A DNA stretch of 62,727 nucleotides, the filler included, from Choristocarpus tenellus KU-1152 (Eukaryota; Protista; Phaeophyceae), in NCBI GenBank assembly GCA_964200185.2. It is 7 parts of 7 records of this genome, joined end to end, with 100 filler letters (N's around TTAATTAATTAA, not from the genome) between each part and the next. Parts side by side here need not be neighbours in the genome. Positions count along the whole stretch, not along the records: positions 31,344 to 45,453 come from CAXNAD020001276.1; positions 45,554 to 53,413 come from CAXNAD020005481.1; 5 more parts are not named here. One strand, 5' to 3'. The position numbers and the translations under genes are program-made. The notes under the pieces were generated by a model. That model saw only the letters and a program-made list of their open reading frames with translations. It was not told the origin of the DNA and did no database searches. Shown here in pieces: positions 37,901 to 50,400 of the stretch; position 1 is the first letter of the stretch, and each line of letters opens with the position of its first letter.

Positions 37901-40900
37901 TTAGGGTTAGGGGTTAAGGTTAGCCTCGTCAACCTACATGATACGTACTATTTGAAAAAAATATTATTTATTAATATTAATCAATTAGGGACCACTCAGT
38001 CCACACCTTCAGATCGACCACTTTGGCCTAGTGGGTACATGCTGTTCACAGACTAAATTCAAAATTCAAAAGTCAGCTATATATATCGGAACCCAACTTT
38101 TCAAATGTCTTCATCTGCTTCAGGCAAATTTGAAAGAACCCTCAACAATTAATTCAAAATGGCCAAAATACAAACACACACCCACATCTCTGCGATACTT
38201 AACCTCTCATGACTGTTCATGCATAGACATATCTCTACCAAACCCGAATTAACCAGTAGTATGCAACAATCATTTACCTCCAATTTAAACTCATATAAAT
38301 ATACATATAAATATAAATACAAATATGAACATTTTTAAATACACCCGAAAGAACTTATTGAGAAAAACATCTAACACACCCTAACCCTAACCCTAACCTA
38401 GTTTCACAAACATTAATAAAAATAAACTAATATACCACTACTAATACTCCATCTGCTCAGAACTACTTTCAACAGCATATTTTTCTTCAAAGAGGGTATA
38501 CTAAATAGAGCCGGTGTGAACATGAATACAACTCAGACCTCTTCGCAAACGCCTTCGTTGAACGCTTGGAGCACGTCCTCTTCTGTCAACCCTGAAATGT
38601 TCACAGAAATACCCCCATCGCTCCCCTCGTTGGCACTGGCAGCACTTTTAGTAGGGACACACGCCACCTAAACAAAAAACAAAAAACAAAAAACGGAAAA
38701 AGGGTTGGGGTTAGGGTTAGGGACAAGACATTCATTTTTTTTCAATCTATAGAAATTGAAATATACTGTAATGGAAACAAAGAGGTAGAGGAAGGATATA
38801 CACCATTCTCTTCTCTCGTTTTCAATTCTTAGAACTTGAAATATACTCTATTGTAAACAAAGCAATAGAGAAGGGATATATACTATTGAATTCACCAATA
38901 CAAATTTGAATTCACAAATACAAATTTCAATACTGTTTTTTATTTTTGTTTAAAAAAGCGAAAGATACTGCATTCTACGTATTTAACTAATGACTACGTT
39001 AACTAATGACACAAGATTAAAAGGGTTCAGATGGGATATGCAATAAAAAAAATTTAATACATATTTGTAGAAAATAAAATAAATATATATATATATATAA
39101 TATATATATACAAACTCTGCACGTACTTGCCAGGATCCTGAAGGTTAGGGCTAGGGTTACCTTTCACACCGGCCTACATCTCGGAGCATCATGTGAGTGG
39201 ACATAGGGATGTACATAGTACATGGAAGGGATGTACGTGTTCCTCTCATTCTCACCATGGCGCTGGGCTGTGCTGCTGCAGGGACCCCAAACAATGTCAC
39301 ATGTTCACACACCTCTGCCGCCACCTCATTGACCTCCTGTTGAAGCACGCACACATACACCACATGTAGAAAATGTAAGGTGAAGTAATGTTTGCATGCA
39401 GGAGTCAATGTTTACCTCATGTCCAATAGTTAGGTGCAAGCAACACCGAGACTTGCAGCAAAACAATTTAAATCCCTAACCCTAACCCTAACCCTAACCT
39501 CAACCCAAAGGTTGGAGTGTGTGCAATGGTTTGTCGTTAAGAATCATTGAGAAATGACACCCTAACCCTAAAAAAAATGCAGCAAAGGGTTAGGGTTAGT
39601 CAACAGTAACAACATGAGTGATAATAATAATAAAAGATGACAAGGTGATGCTGCAATACAAAGCATCCAATTGGTTCATTGCGTACACGACCAAGTCCAA
39701 CAACATGCACAGAAAGGTAGACAGTGTTAGGGTTAGGGGTAGTATCTGTGGAGGTAAATACAATATACACTGAATGGTGACCCCTTATTTTCTCAGCCAT
39801 AGATTCACAGAACCAATGAATCAATGAAGAACATACCAAGGGAACAAATTTTCCTCATTCACAAAAAATAATTGAAACACAAAGCGCACAAGAATATACT
39901 AATAGTTAAAAGATACACAAGAGAAAAGGGTGTACCCTCACCAGGTAGTCTGCTCTTCTAAAAAAAAAAAGAACAACCTTTCGACCACCCACTAATCCTA
40001 ACCCTAACCCTAACCCTATAATATATATTTTATTGTTCAGAAGGGGGGACAATATATTTTTAGAAAATCAAGCAAAAGTGGTACACAGTGTTAATTGATT
40101 ATGTACTGACCTCCAGCGTGAGGCTCTCCATGACCAGGCGAGTAGCCATGTAAGTCTGTTGGGTATCCATGAAGGTGTGGCCGGATGCAACAGACTCCAT
40201 GAGGAAGGTCAACTGATCCCCTACCAGAAAAACACCCACGTAGAGAGTCAGTGAGTCACACACTTCAACACATAAAAAAATAAAAACATTAACAACAAAA
40301 AATAAGACAACATACAGGAACACGATTGGTTCATTCGAGATACAAGTTAGTAACCCTAACCCTAACCCCAACCCTAAGTAACCCTAACCCTAAACCGATT
40401 TCGATCACAACATGCACCTAGATACCTAGATATCCTAGATATCATCATAGTATCCTAGAGTATCGCTCTTGAAGCAACACCTACCTCAACGTTTGGAACC
40501 AGGAAAATAGAGCCGGTTTGTGAGAGATTCTAACAAGAAATCAAAGCTCACATCAACATAAAAGTATCAAAATATTAACACTTGGGGGGGGGGGNNNNNN
40601 NNNNAAAAAGGGGGGTGTTGTAAAAAAAAAAAAAAAAAAAAAAAAACACAAAAAAAAAAAAAAAAAAAAAAAAGTGAAGGGGGGGGGGGGGGGGGGGGGG
40701 GGTCAGCAGAATGATATGTAGTGTGACGCTATACACTGCACTGCCAATATAGAGGTACACTGCTTAGATTAGGGTTAGGTTGTGTATTCAATACTTCATG
40801 CTGTCAATGGATACTCCAGCAGTTAGTCTATGATTACCCTGGTTGGAAGAGATACTTGGGTAATTGTAACCTACACTTGGATGCAGTAGTCGGAATAATA

Positions 40901-43900
40901 TAGTATCTCAAGGCAAATTTAAGATTTTTTTTAAGATGACACCTGTGATCATCTTCATATTCAAAGTATAAAAAGGTTAAAAAATATTGTAACAGTCATC
41001 AAAGGACTACAAAATAGTACACAAATATCTTAAAACCTTTTGGGTATGCTAGTCCTGCATGTACAAATAAAAAAGGATCACAAAAAACATGTATGTACCC
41101 AAACAAGCACATACACACTTGCTTAAAAACACACAATCCATATATATACATAGACCTCTTGCAATTCATCTCACACATCTAATCAGTGGCATGAGGGAAT
41201 CATACAATTACTACTACCATATTCCAAAGTACCATCAAATTGTATGGTATAGTATGATAGAAACTACTATATTGCAAAGTATCATCAATTGTATGGTATA
41301 GTATGATAGAAACTACTATATTCCAAAGTATCATCAATTGTATGGTATAGTATGATAGAAACTACTATATTCCAAAGTATCATCAATTGTATGGTATAGT
41401 ATGATAGAAACTACTATATTCCAAAGTATCATCAATTGTATGGCATACTACGGTAAAAGAACAATTTCTCACCCACACTAAAGTTTTTCTTTGTACACAG
41501 TACAGTATAACCTTCCAGGGTTAGGGATAGAGTTACAAACAAAGTGTGCATGATACCCACTGATGGAAGGGGGATAAAACACGGACTGCTTAGGGTTAGG
41601 GCTACTAAAAAACAAAAAATTCCATAAGAGCAGGACGTGCGGTACCTATTAGGGTTATGGCTACATACCAAGACAATGATACTATGATGACCATCATACC
41701 TATTAGAGGTATGGCTACACAACAAGACAAGGATGCTAACTATGATGAACATCAAATGACAGACAGGCAATGACCTCGTACAGTTCTTGATGCAGTTACC
41801 CTGGGCTGCTACCTGTCTGAAGTGGTACCTATTAGGGTTATGGCTACATACCAAGACAACGATAATATTATGACCATCATACCTCTTAGGGCTATGGCTA
41901 CACACCAAGACAAGGATACTAACTATGATGGACATCAAATGACAGACAGGCAATGACCTCGTACCATTATTAATTCGGTTGCCCTGTGCTGCTAGCTGTC
42001 TGGAGTCAGTCAGTAGAGCAGACGAGAACCGTTGAAGTTCTCCTTCAGTGAGACCATACATACCAAGTCTCCTGATCTCTTTCACCTGCACAAAAAAAAT
42101 ATTAAAAAAATGACAAAAAGCGAGAAATATATTGGATAGGGTTAAGGTTAGGGTTAGGGACATCGATGCTATTTTTCATTCCGCTGTTGGTGCTGTCTTT
42201 GGGCATCAAAGCGTTAGGGTTAGGGATTATAGGCGTTTTTGCATGAAAGAATCAACAAAACCAGACGTGGACAACATGGGAGCGGATGATGTCATGCCTG
42301 AGGGACTAACAAACCAGGCACTTGATACCATCACATACATAGCCAGTCAACAGAGAGGGTAGACTAGATATTTCAGTGTTGAATAAACCTCCTGCTTACC
42401 TCATAGTCCAAACTTGTACAAAGCATCGAAACAAGCCTAGCCCTAAACCTAATGCTCCAAGTTCAAACACACCTTCCAAACCATCACAGTGGTACCATCT
42501 CTACACCTGAACCACATTAACAACATGGCACTCACACTGCCTTCAGGACTCGAACACCCTCCCACGTTGATTCATCATCCCCACGTTGACTCACCATCCC
42601 CACATTGATTCATCATCCCCACGTTCACTCACCATCCCATGACAGCCACGCAGCTTGAACCTTCAACACAAACCAGCAGAGAGGTGTACCCCCTGGAAGA
42701 CAAAATCCAATAACAAAATTTGCTCTAACCCTAACCCTAATAAAAAAAATACAACATGAACGGAAAGTACAGGTGCAGTATCTGAACTGTTGACTGTGAG
42801 GTGTACCCTCCCCCCCACCCCCCAAAGAAAGATGAAAGGTTCTTGATAGTCACTCACAGCCAACCTCACAGCATCCTTCCACTTAGAAGGTTCTGCAGTC
42901 ATATCCAGGTAGCAAACAGCGCAGCCCTGTGAATAAACACGTCACAAATTAGACACGTCAACAAAATTGACATTGTTCTATTGGTTCAAAGTTAGATGCA
43001 GACCATTCTATTGGTTCGATGTTATGTACAGGCCATTACCTTGGCTCGATGTTAGATACAAGTTATTACAATGGTTCCATCTTAGATATAGATCATTCCA
43101 TTGGCTCAATGTTACACATAGGTCTGACTGTAGCTAGCTACTCGGTGTTATACATAGGGTTAGGGTTATACAGTGGCAGTTAGTACATTTGGATAATAAA
43201 TTTGCCAACTATAACCAACACAAATGCTGCAACCCTAACACAGTAATGCACATCACACTAACCACAACTCTAGGACCAAGGCATTCTAAACTTTCCTGTG
43301 CGACTGACCATACAACCCTAACCCTAGCTACAGCATCTAGATTGGATCATAACTGCAACCCTAACCCTAAATCTTCTACCTCCTTCACTCCATCATGGTA
43401 CTGCACATACATATCTTAATAGCCTTCACCTTCAAAAACAACCCCAAACCTAACCCTAAAACACTGCATACATCTTCAACAGCCTTCAACATTCAAAACA
43501 ACCCTAACCCTAACCCTAACTCTATCTGTTTCCAATCCTACCACAAACACCAGAATGTTCCCACCTCCCCCTACCAACTCACACCGCAGCCCTAACCCTA
43601 ACCCTAACCCTAACCCTAACCCTAACCCCCAGCATAAAGATCCATCTCTGACCATTCAACAAAAAAAGACCCAAGGTACTCTTCTACTCTTGGACTCCCA
43701 TCCTCACCTCTCTGGGCGAATCAAGCTGATTGAACTCAATGCTGAGAAAGGGGGGATCTGTTCGGGAGTTCACTGAGAGGCGTATCTGCATCGCTGCTAG
43801 GGCAATCCTCTTCATGATAGCACGACGAAAGTCCCCAAGTGACGACATGGGCTCAATGGGTCGCTTAGCAAAGACATGGAGGGAGAACGCCTGCCAACAA

Positions 43901-45097
43901 TAACAATAACAATAAAAAATATAAACAATAATACACATGTTACACTCAGTCCCCAAGTGACGACATGGGCTCAATGGGTCGCTTAGCAAAGACATGGAGG
44001 GAGAACGCCTGCCAACAATAACAATAACAATAAAAAAATATAAACAATAATACACATGTTACACTCAGTACACAGGAAGGGCAAACAATAAAAATAAAGC
44101 TAGTGGAACGGTCGAGGCAAAGCAAGATATATTATATATATATTATATTATATTATATATATATTTAAATTAACAGTGTAGTACAGGGTTTTCCTGTTGA
44201 TATCCCTAAGCCATGACAATGACAACAATAATAGCGTTACTATCAGGGTTAGGGATAGGTGATACTCTAGGTAAACTGCAGGTCATCTGATTGGTCTACT
44301 TTGAGGTGAATGAATCAATACTACCATAGTTATCCTCATCGCAGTCCAGGCTACTCAAACTAACAGGGGAAAGAAAAAAAGAACCAAGAAAAAATTAATA
44401 TAAAAATATCAGAATACTATCTTTTGTAAAAAAATAAATAAATCAGAAACTCAAGATGCAATCAACAAAAGGTCAAGTCCGACAAGATACCAGTACCAAG
44501 GTTCAACTCCTAGAAACAAAAAAACATTTTTTGAAACTTAATTTTAATATCACGTAATGAAGTGCTAACCCTAACCCTAACCCTAACCCTTACCTCATTC
44601 GTAGTCTTCCTCCAGTATCAAGCCAACAAAAAATTATTAAAATCAAGAAAAATAAGATGTAATATTTATAGTTATGGTCCTTCCTAGAACACAGTTTAAG
44701 AAAAAAAAAATGTTCACTAATCTCGAGTATCAAATTTAAAAAATGAAATGAACAGAACAGTATTTTCAGAAAGAAAAATGAGGCACCGACCTCTCATTGA
44801 ATTTAAAATAACAACAAAAATAACACTACCAAATAGGGTACATTTAATCCTAACACAACAACGCATACCATACCATACCATATCATACCATACCATACCA
44901 TACCATACCATACCATAACATACCATAACATACCATACCTGGAGGAGGTCGTGGCCAAAGACCCGTGGTCTCCCCAGTGGTATCTGATCAAAAGGTTCCA
45001 TGACTGGCAGTGAATTGTCAGGAGTGATATGTCCTCCAGACCACTGGTGAGACACAGGTGGGAAGTGCCTGGACTGGGCCTTGAGGGTCAACATCTC
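31996..45097 (-). CDS. SPP: Plastid stromal processing peptidase (M16 metallopeptidase), internal 14 exons, both ends missing
   Basis: In-phase exons 44939-45097, 43708-43890, 42858-42926, 41965-42085, 40111-40220, 39256-39336, 38539-38667, 37347-37563, 36768-36937, 35789-35881, 34517-34675, 33907-33981, 32750-32860, 31996-32091. Motifs PPVSHQWS, PPFLSIEFNQLDSPREGCAV, EIRRLGMYGLTEGEL, GHTFMD, REQVELFCIDHLI, LKRAKQSF, NMEVILVGDF resemble plant/algal SPP. Confidence 0.88.
34730..34993. mobile_element. MITE family A in SPP intron, right TIR modified
   Basis: GAGTCAAAGTATCTTAGAGGGTA start with typical interior; right end reads AAAACCCTAACCCTCCAAGATGGTTACTTTCACCG. Confidence 0.85.
40595..40604. 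other. 10-N scaffold gap flanked by low-complexity poly-G/poly-A
   Basis: Ns visible in sequence. Confidence 0.95.
41213..41443. repeat. 49-bp minisatellite x~4.5
   Basis: ATTCCAAAGTATCATCAATTGTATGGTATAGTATGATAGAAACTACTAT units at 41221, 41271, 41320, 41369, 41418. Confidence 0.92.
41641..42002. repeat. 183-bp tandem duplication including an SPP exon end and donor site
   Basis: 41641-41819 vs 41824-42002; RQLAAQGNRINN has a diverged copy RQVAAQGNCIKN. Confidence 0.88.
42560..42638. repeat. 19-bp tandem repeat x4
   Basis: CCCACGTTGATTCATCATC-type units. Confidence 0.85.
42975..43160. repeat. Degenerate ~30-bp tandem repeat
   Basis: Units resembling CCATTCTATTGGTTCGATGTTATGTACAGG. Confidence 0.65.
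43830..44069. repeat. 118-bp near-perfect tandem duplication including an SPP acceptor and exon start
   Basis: AGTCCCCAAGTGACGACATGGG... at 43830 and 43948. Confidence 0.93.
44864..44938. repeat. (CATAC)n microsatellite beginning at an SPP donor site
   Basis: On the minus strand GTATGGTATG... starts exactly at the 5' splice site GT. Confidence 0.9.
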
Positions 45098-45429
45098 CTG
45101 AACAACAACAGCGATAACATCATCATGGACAGTATTCAAGGTCACATCATACCCACTGCATGACTCTTGATGCACTCTAATCAAAGAACAAAAATGTTGT
45201 TTAAAAAGAAAAATACATGTAAATCCCAACCCTACTATATACCCTATACCACCAACATGTGCACCAATAGTTAAGGTTAGGGTTAGGGCTGCAATCGTAT
45301 TGGACACTTCCAAGTGTAATACAACTACATAGATAAAAATAATTTGTGATGTAGGAATTAAAAAAATACTAATGCCTTACAACACTCTATCACTTGTGTC
45401 CCAGTTTGAGCAGTGTCTGTCCTCCTACT

Positions 45430-45453
45430 GGCTCAAAGTACCTGGGGGGGAGG
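45430..45453. mobile_element. MITE family B left end running into linker
   Basis: GGCTCAAAGTACCTGGGGGGG. Confidence 0.65.
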
Positions 45454-45553
45454 NNNNNNNNNNNNNNNNNNNNNNNNNNNNNNNNNNNNNNNNNNNNTTA
45501 ATTAATTAANNNNNNNNNNNNNNNNNNNNNNNNNNNNNNNNNNNNNNNNNNNN
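45454..45553. other. Artificial contig linker
   Basis: N44-TTAATTAATTAA-N44. Confidence 0.97.
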
Positions 45554-45686
45554 CCCCCCCTGTTTCCGCTTTCATTGATTGTGTGATGTTGTTGAAGTAG
45601 CGTCTTCTTCCTCCTTGTGAAAATTTAAAATATGTACAATATATTTGTTGATCAGTGTCTGTTTGTACCTCCCATTTTGTCCACAG

Positions 45687-47478
45687 GGGCGCAAGGGGAT
45701 CCAAAGCACGACATACAGTGACATGATTGCTTTTGCACTGTCCAAGTTCCCAGATGGTAAGGGGCCATTCAAGGACATCTGTGACATTGTGGAGAAAGAG
45801 TGGAACAAAGACCTTAACTGGAAGCTGGAGAGGTGTGTAACTGTATCTACCTACGCATTCTCTATTTTTTTTGTGCATGTAGCTGTTTTGAATTTTATGT
45901 GTGTGGCTGGATGTGGGTATGTGTGAGCAACGTGTACGCACTAACTTGACTCAAATAAAAGCGTGAGAACAATAACAATGGTACCTCATATGTACATACT
46001 TCATGACACATGAGCTGAGCTCACGAAAAACAAGGTTTTGTGCATTCATTTGCCAGAATATGTATGTATTGGATTCATCGGTGGACTTGCAAAGATATTA
46101 GATATCCATAACAATGGAGGAATTCAGATATTTGTTGAGTGTGTGTTCAGATATTGCAGAAAGTATGTTACTCAACATGGGCATTGTGATGGTGTGCTGT
46201 AATATACTTCGTTGTACTGTATGGTATATCGTAGACCAATTTGAATCTTGAGTAGAAGTCTGAATTTTCAATAATAGTTTTTCCTTGCACATAACAACAC
46301 AATATATTGATTGAGGTTCATGGAGATCGAAACTATTGGTATTTACACGCAGTTATATGTGTGAAGGATTTTTCTTTTGAACTTTGATTGTTTGGCCAAG
46401 CGATTGCTTGTACAAGATATGAATCTGGAATGTCTGGTTTGTATGTCTTTGTTCTCTTGTGCCCTACTGTGACTGCCACAAAAAGTACCACTTGGACAGA
46501 CGGGTTAGGGCTTCAACATTCTGGGATTGCCACCAATTAATTATGGGGCAGTTGGCCAGGTCAATATGATGGTATGACATTTATCTCTGTCGAATAGAGC
46601 TCGCTCCAACATACTGCTGTCACTCTCTTCCAGAGTCGACTAATCCCTAACCCCATTTTATCACTAGCCGCAAATACACTGTATTTGTAGGAACAAACCA
46701 ATGCTTTTGTTTAATTTTTCTTTATATTATTGTTATTTATTAATTCTACTTTGTTGTTGTTCTTATTATGTTAACTTCACATTTAGTATGAGGGATCTCA
46801 TACCCGGTTGAAGGGTATGTGATGTACTGTTGAGAAGCTGTGTATGTTTGTTTACTGCTGTTGTCTTGTACATGAATAAATTATTGGGGTATGCAGGGGC
46901 AGAAATGAGTTAGGTTTACAAGGGTTTCGGTTGTGAATCAAGGTCTCCCCCCCCCCCCCCCCCCCCCCCCCCTAATCCTCCTAACTCTTTCTCCTTCCTT
47001 CCTCAAACTGCAATAATGTATCACTCAATGTGCTAGTCATCAAAATATCACAACTGAAGAACCCAAATATTTCAAGGTGAATACTAATTGACTTCCATGT
47101 ATTGTGCTCTTGTAGTTGATCTAAGTATACGTACACAGCCAGTTTATTTATGCATTTAATGGTATCCTATTGCCTTCAAACACACAACACTCACTATGGT
47201 AGTAGAAATGTTACAAGTAGTGTCAAGGACAAAGCAAAGTCAGTCAACCAATAGCTTATGTTCAGCCCAATAGATAATGAAAGGTGCAAGTTAAAGGAGC
47301 CAACCCTCCCCCTTCCCTATCCTCATGTCCCTTCCCCCACTATTCCCCCAGTGATATCCGTAAGACCCCGGTATGGAAATCCTCCATCCGCAAAATCCTG
47401 TTCTCCAACAGCCGCTTTGACCACGCCGCCACCAGCTGCCCTGACAGGCACATCTTTGCATTGGCCCACAAGAAGTAA
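45687..47478 (+). CDS. Last two exons of a gene ending in a forkhead-like winged-helix domain
   Basis: Exons 45687-45832 and 47352-47478 join in phase 2: GRKGIQSTTYSDMIAFALSKFPDGKGPFKDICDIVEKEWNKDLNWKLESDIRKTPVWKSSIRKILFSNSRFDHAATSCPDRHIFALAHKK*. Confidence 0.72.
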
Positions 47479-50400
47479 AAGAAAACTCCTTTAGGAAAAA
47501 TGAGCAAGCGAGATTCACATAGTTTTGAAATGAAAGAAATGATATGAAGAAAATCAAGACAAGAAAACATAGCGTGGGTCTTGAGTCTTGAGATTGTCTT
47601 GAAACTAAGTAAGAAAGATGTGGTTTGATGCGTGTGTTTATGTGTGTGAGGGGGGTCAAGAGTGGCAAGGGGGAAGATTGAATGGGGAGAACATTAAAAT
47701 ATGTTCTCTTTTCCTATTACCAGATATATAAACAAAGGGCATGGAAGAGCACCGAAGGGAGATTGTATGCAATGTTATGCTTAGATGATTAACAACAGCA
47801 ATGGAAGCAGACTAGAGAGGTGCCCTCCCCCTGCCCCCCCCTCCCCCCCCCCTCTTCCCCTGGTTCCTCTGAAGGAAGCTGTAGGCTGTAAGAGCATGGA
47901 TCGGTGCTCCTTCTGAGGAAAATCTCTCCCCCCAACTGTACAGCGAAAGCCCACCATGTCTTAGTGGGAGGAGGAGGGGGAGGGAACTTTCGAAATATCT
48001 TGTTCGGTTTCAATACTGCTGGTTGGTGTGGCCCTCTGCCAACCGTCCAGATTTTTTTTTCTGTTTGAGCGCAGACTACTTTTTTATTTTCTTACTGCGC
48101 AAGGATGAACTAAAAACACTGACTGCTTCATTGGTGTTAGATGTGCACAGATAGGCCCCACCTGTTACTGTGTACGTGCACAATCCCTTCCCCCCAGCTT
48201 GCCTGCCTGCCTACTCGCCCACATCACCGTTTTGACCATGTAAAGTATTCAAAATCAAGGTGAAGGGCGAACGAATGAATGGATGTATGGTCTTGCATTG
48301 TGACTCGTTTGTTTTCAAGTCAAGTTCTATGGTTCTAATGCCTTCTTTCCCCCCAGTCTCCCCTCATGTGTGATGTCATGCAAAGGAACGAGATTATGCC
48401 CTGTGTGTGTGCGTGTGTACTTGTGTGAGAGTGCAAATATGTGCGTATGTTGTTTCCCAACATGTTGTCATGCGTATGGGCATAAGAAAATGATGTTCAG
48501 AGGCTTGAAGTGCTCATCTTGTGTGTCAAAAGTGGGCTTAGTAAGACCAAGTCCTATGTTTGCGCCACCTTTTTAGAATCATCTACCAAAGCAGCTCTGC
48601 TCCCAGAAAAAGAAGAGAGAGCAGCCTTGCTATATGCAATGTTACCTGAAGTGCCATGATTTTATGGCCGGGCTGAGTTGAGTTGGATAGGGGGAGGGGG
48701 GGGGTGTAGCTAGCGCAGGGAAATTATAAAACGTTGGAAAGGTAAAGTGTTCTTATGTACTGATGGTACCTAGTGGGGAGCATCAAGAGCTCTGCCTGTG
48801 GTGTGGGACTACAGCAAGAGTTTCGAATGAAAAGTGTGTGCATATATGGTATGAACAAGAGAGACTAAGGTTGGAAACTTGGTTGCAGTGCCCGAATGTT
48901 TGGAGTGTGATGGCAGCATTGAGTGAGTGTGGGTAGGTTTTGCTGTTCTGGAGTTGAGATGTGTGGGTGGGGGACTGGCAGGATAGCTCTGGGCCTGCCT
49001 TGAGAATTCTTGGTGGCTCAGAGATGTACCTGTCTATTAGGTGTTGTTTGTTGTCCTCAGAGTTGAATTTTGTGAGAGTCATACTATCCTCACATTCCCC
49101 CGACTTTCTCAAGGCCAAGCCCCCAGCCCTTGTCATGAGTAGGTTGTAGCAGCTTGTCTTGTGCATCCACAGGCTCTCCTCTGCCATTTTGCACAGCACA
49201 GTAGTGGGTGCAGGATTTCTCTACCCCTTCCCCCCCTCCCCCCTCTCACCTTACACCGGTGTTATGTAAATTTGATTCTCCTGCCCCTCTGGCGGAGGGA
49301 AACCCCCACATGATCACAGGGAGGAGGAGACATATGACTGGGAGGGGGTAATGGTGCCAAGTTGCAAGGGAAGGTTATTAGCACAGGGAGAGGTAGGAGA
49401 CACTGGCAGTACGTCGACAAGCAAGACATAAACCTGTGTGTGGGGCTTGAAAAGGGAAGGGGAGTGAAGGTGGAACTGGTGTTTTTTAGAGCACTTTCTT
49501 ATGTATTCACTGTATCCCCCGACCCAATCCATCCCCCCGCCCACCCCACACCTTTCTGCACGGGTACTTACTCAGCAGTGTCTGCACATCACGGGGGTTC
49601 TGTTTGGGTGTTTGGGATCTATGTGTGCAGGTTAGAGGTTGCTATTGCTGATGTTGGCAAGCATCATTCCCTCCATTCGTTGCTGCTGGTGTTACCTCCT
49701 GTCCTTTCTTGTCACTATATTACCAGTGTGTGGTAGAGATAGCACAATCTGTATTTTACCTTCGGGTAAGGGAGCATGTGCATAGGACATTTGTGCAGGG
49801 GTGCTGCAGCTATTTGCCTGCCTGGAGATATGGTTGTGGTTTCTAAGTATGGGGGAGGAGGGACAAGACGATGAGTGGGCTGTCATGTTTAACCACGTTT
49901 GACTGTGATGTGTGTAGCATGTTTTGCAAGGCATTAGAGGTCGTGACTACAATGTCAGTTGAGTTGCAGGAAAAAGTGTTCATCAGTAACCCACCCCCCT
50001 CCCCCCCTCCCCCTCTCGCCTGCACTAAACTCTCAGGCTTGGGGGGAAACACATGTCTTGTGTGCTTTGCCGCATGTTGCTCGTGTGTACACATGTAAGT
50101 GTATCTACCATTTGATTCTTGTATGATAATGGCACCTGCAGGGGCCCCTGTGGCTGTACTGTGCAAGTAAAATCTTGCTGTTGGTAATCAACCAGGTGAT
50201 GGTTCTTCCAAGAACCTGCTGGTGTAATATGAGTGGGGAAAGGGTGTTCTTGTTGTGTTGGAGTCTGGTTTTTGTTGATTGGACATACTGCACCTTTCTT
50301 GTTCAGTGTGTATGTTCAGTGTATTGTATGATTGTCTCCTCCTCCTGAGCGTCAAAGGGGTTGTATCTCTGTGCAGTAAGTATATTATGTAGGTTATATT

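Larger units (their letters stand above)
31699..45290. repeat. Dense field of short interstitial telomeric tracts (TTAGGG/CCCTAA)n in SPP introns
   Basis: Dozens of 2-7-unit tracts in both orientations, e.g. 32095-32123, 36175-36202, 39475-39499, 43591-43628. Confidence 0.92.

Noticed and set aside
43555-43776. ORFs with PNPNPN, LGLGLG, LTLTLT or KPKPKP runs
   Set aside because: Translations of telomeric or variant hexamer tracts, not proteins.
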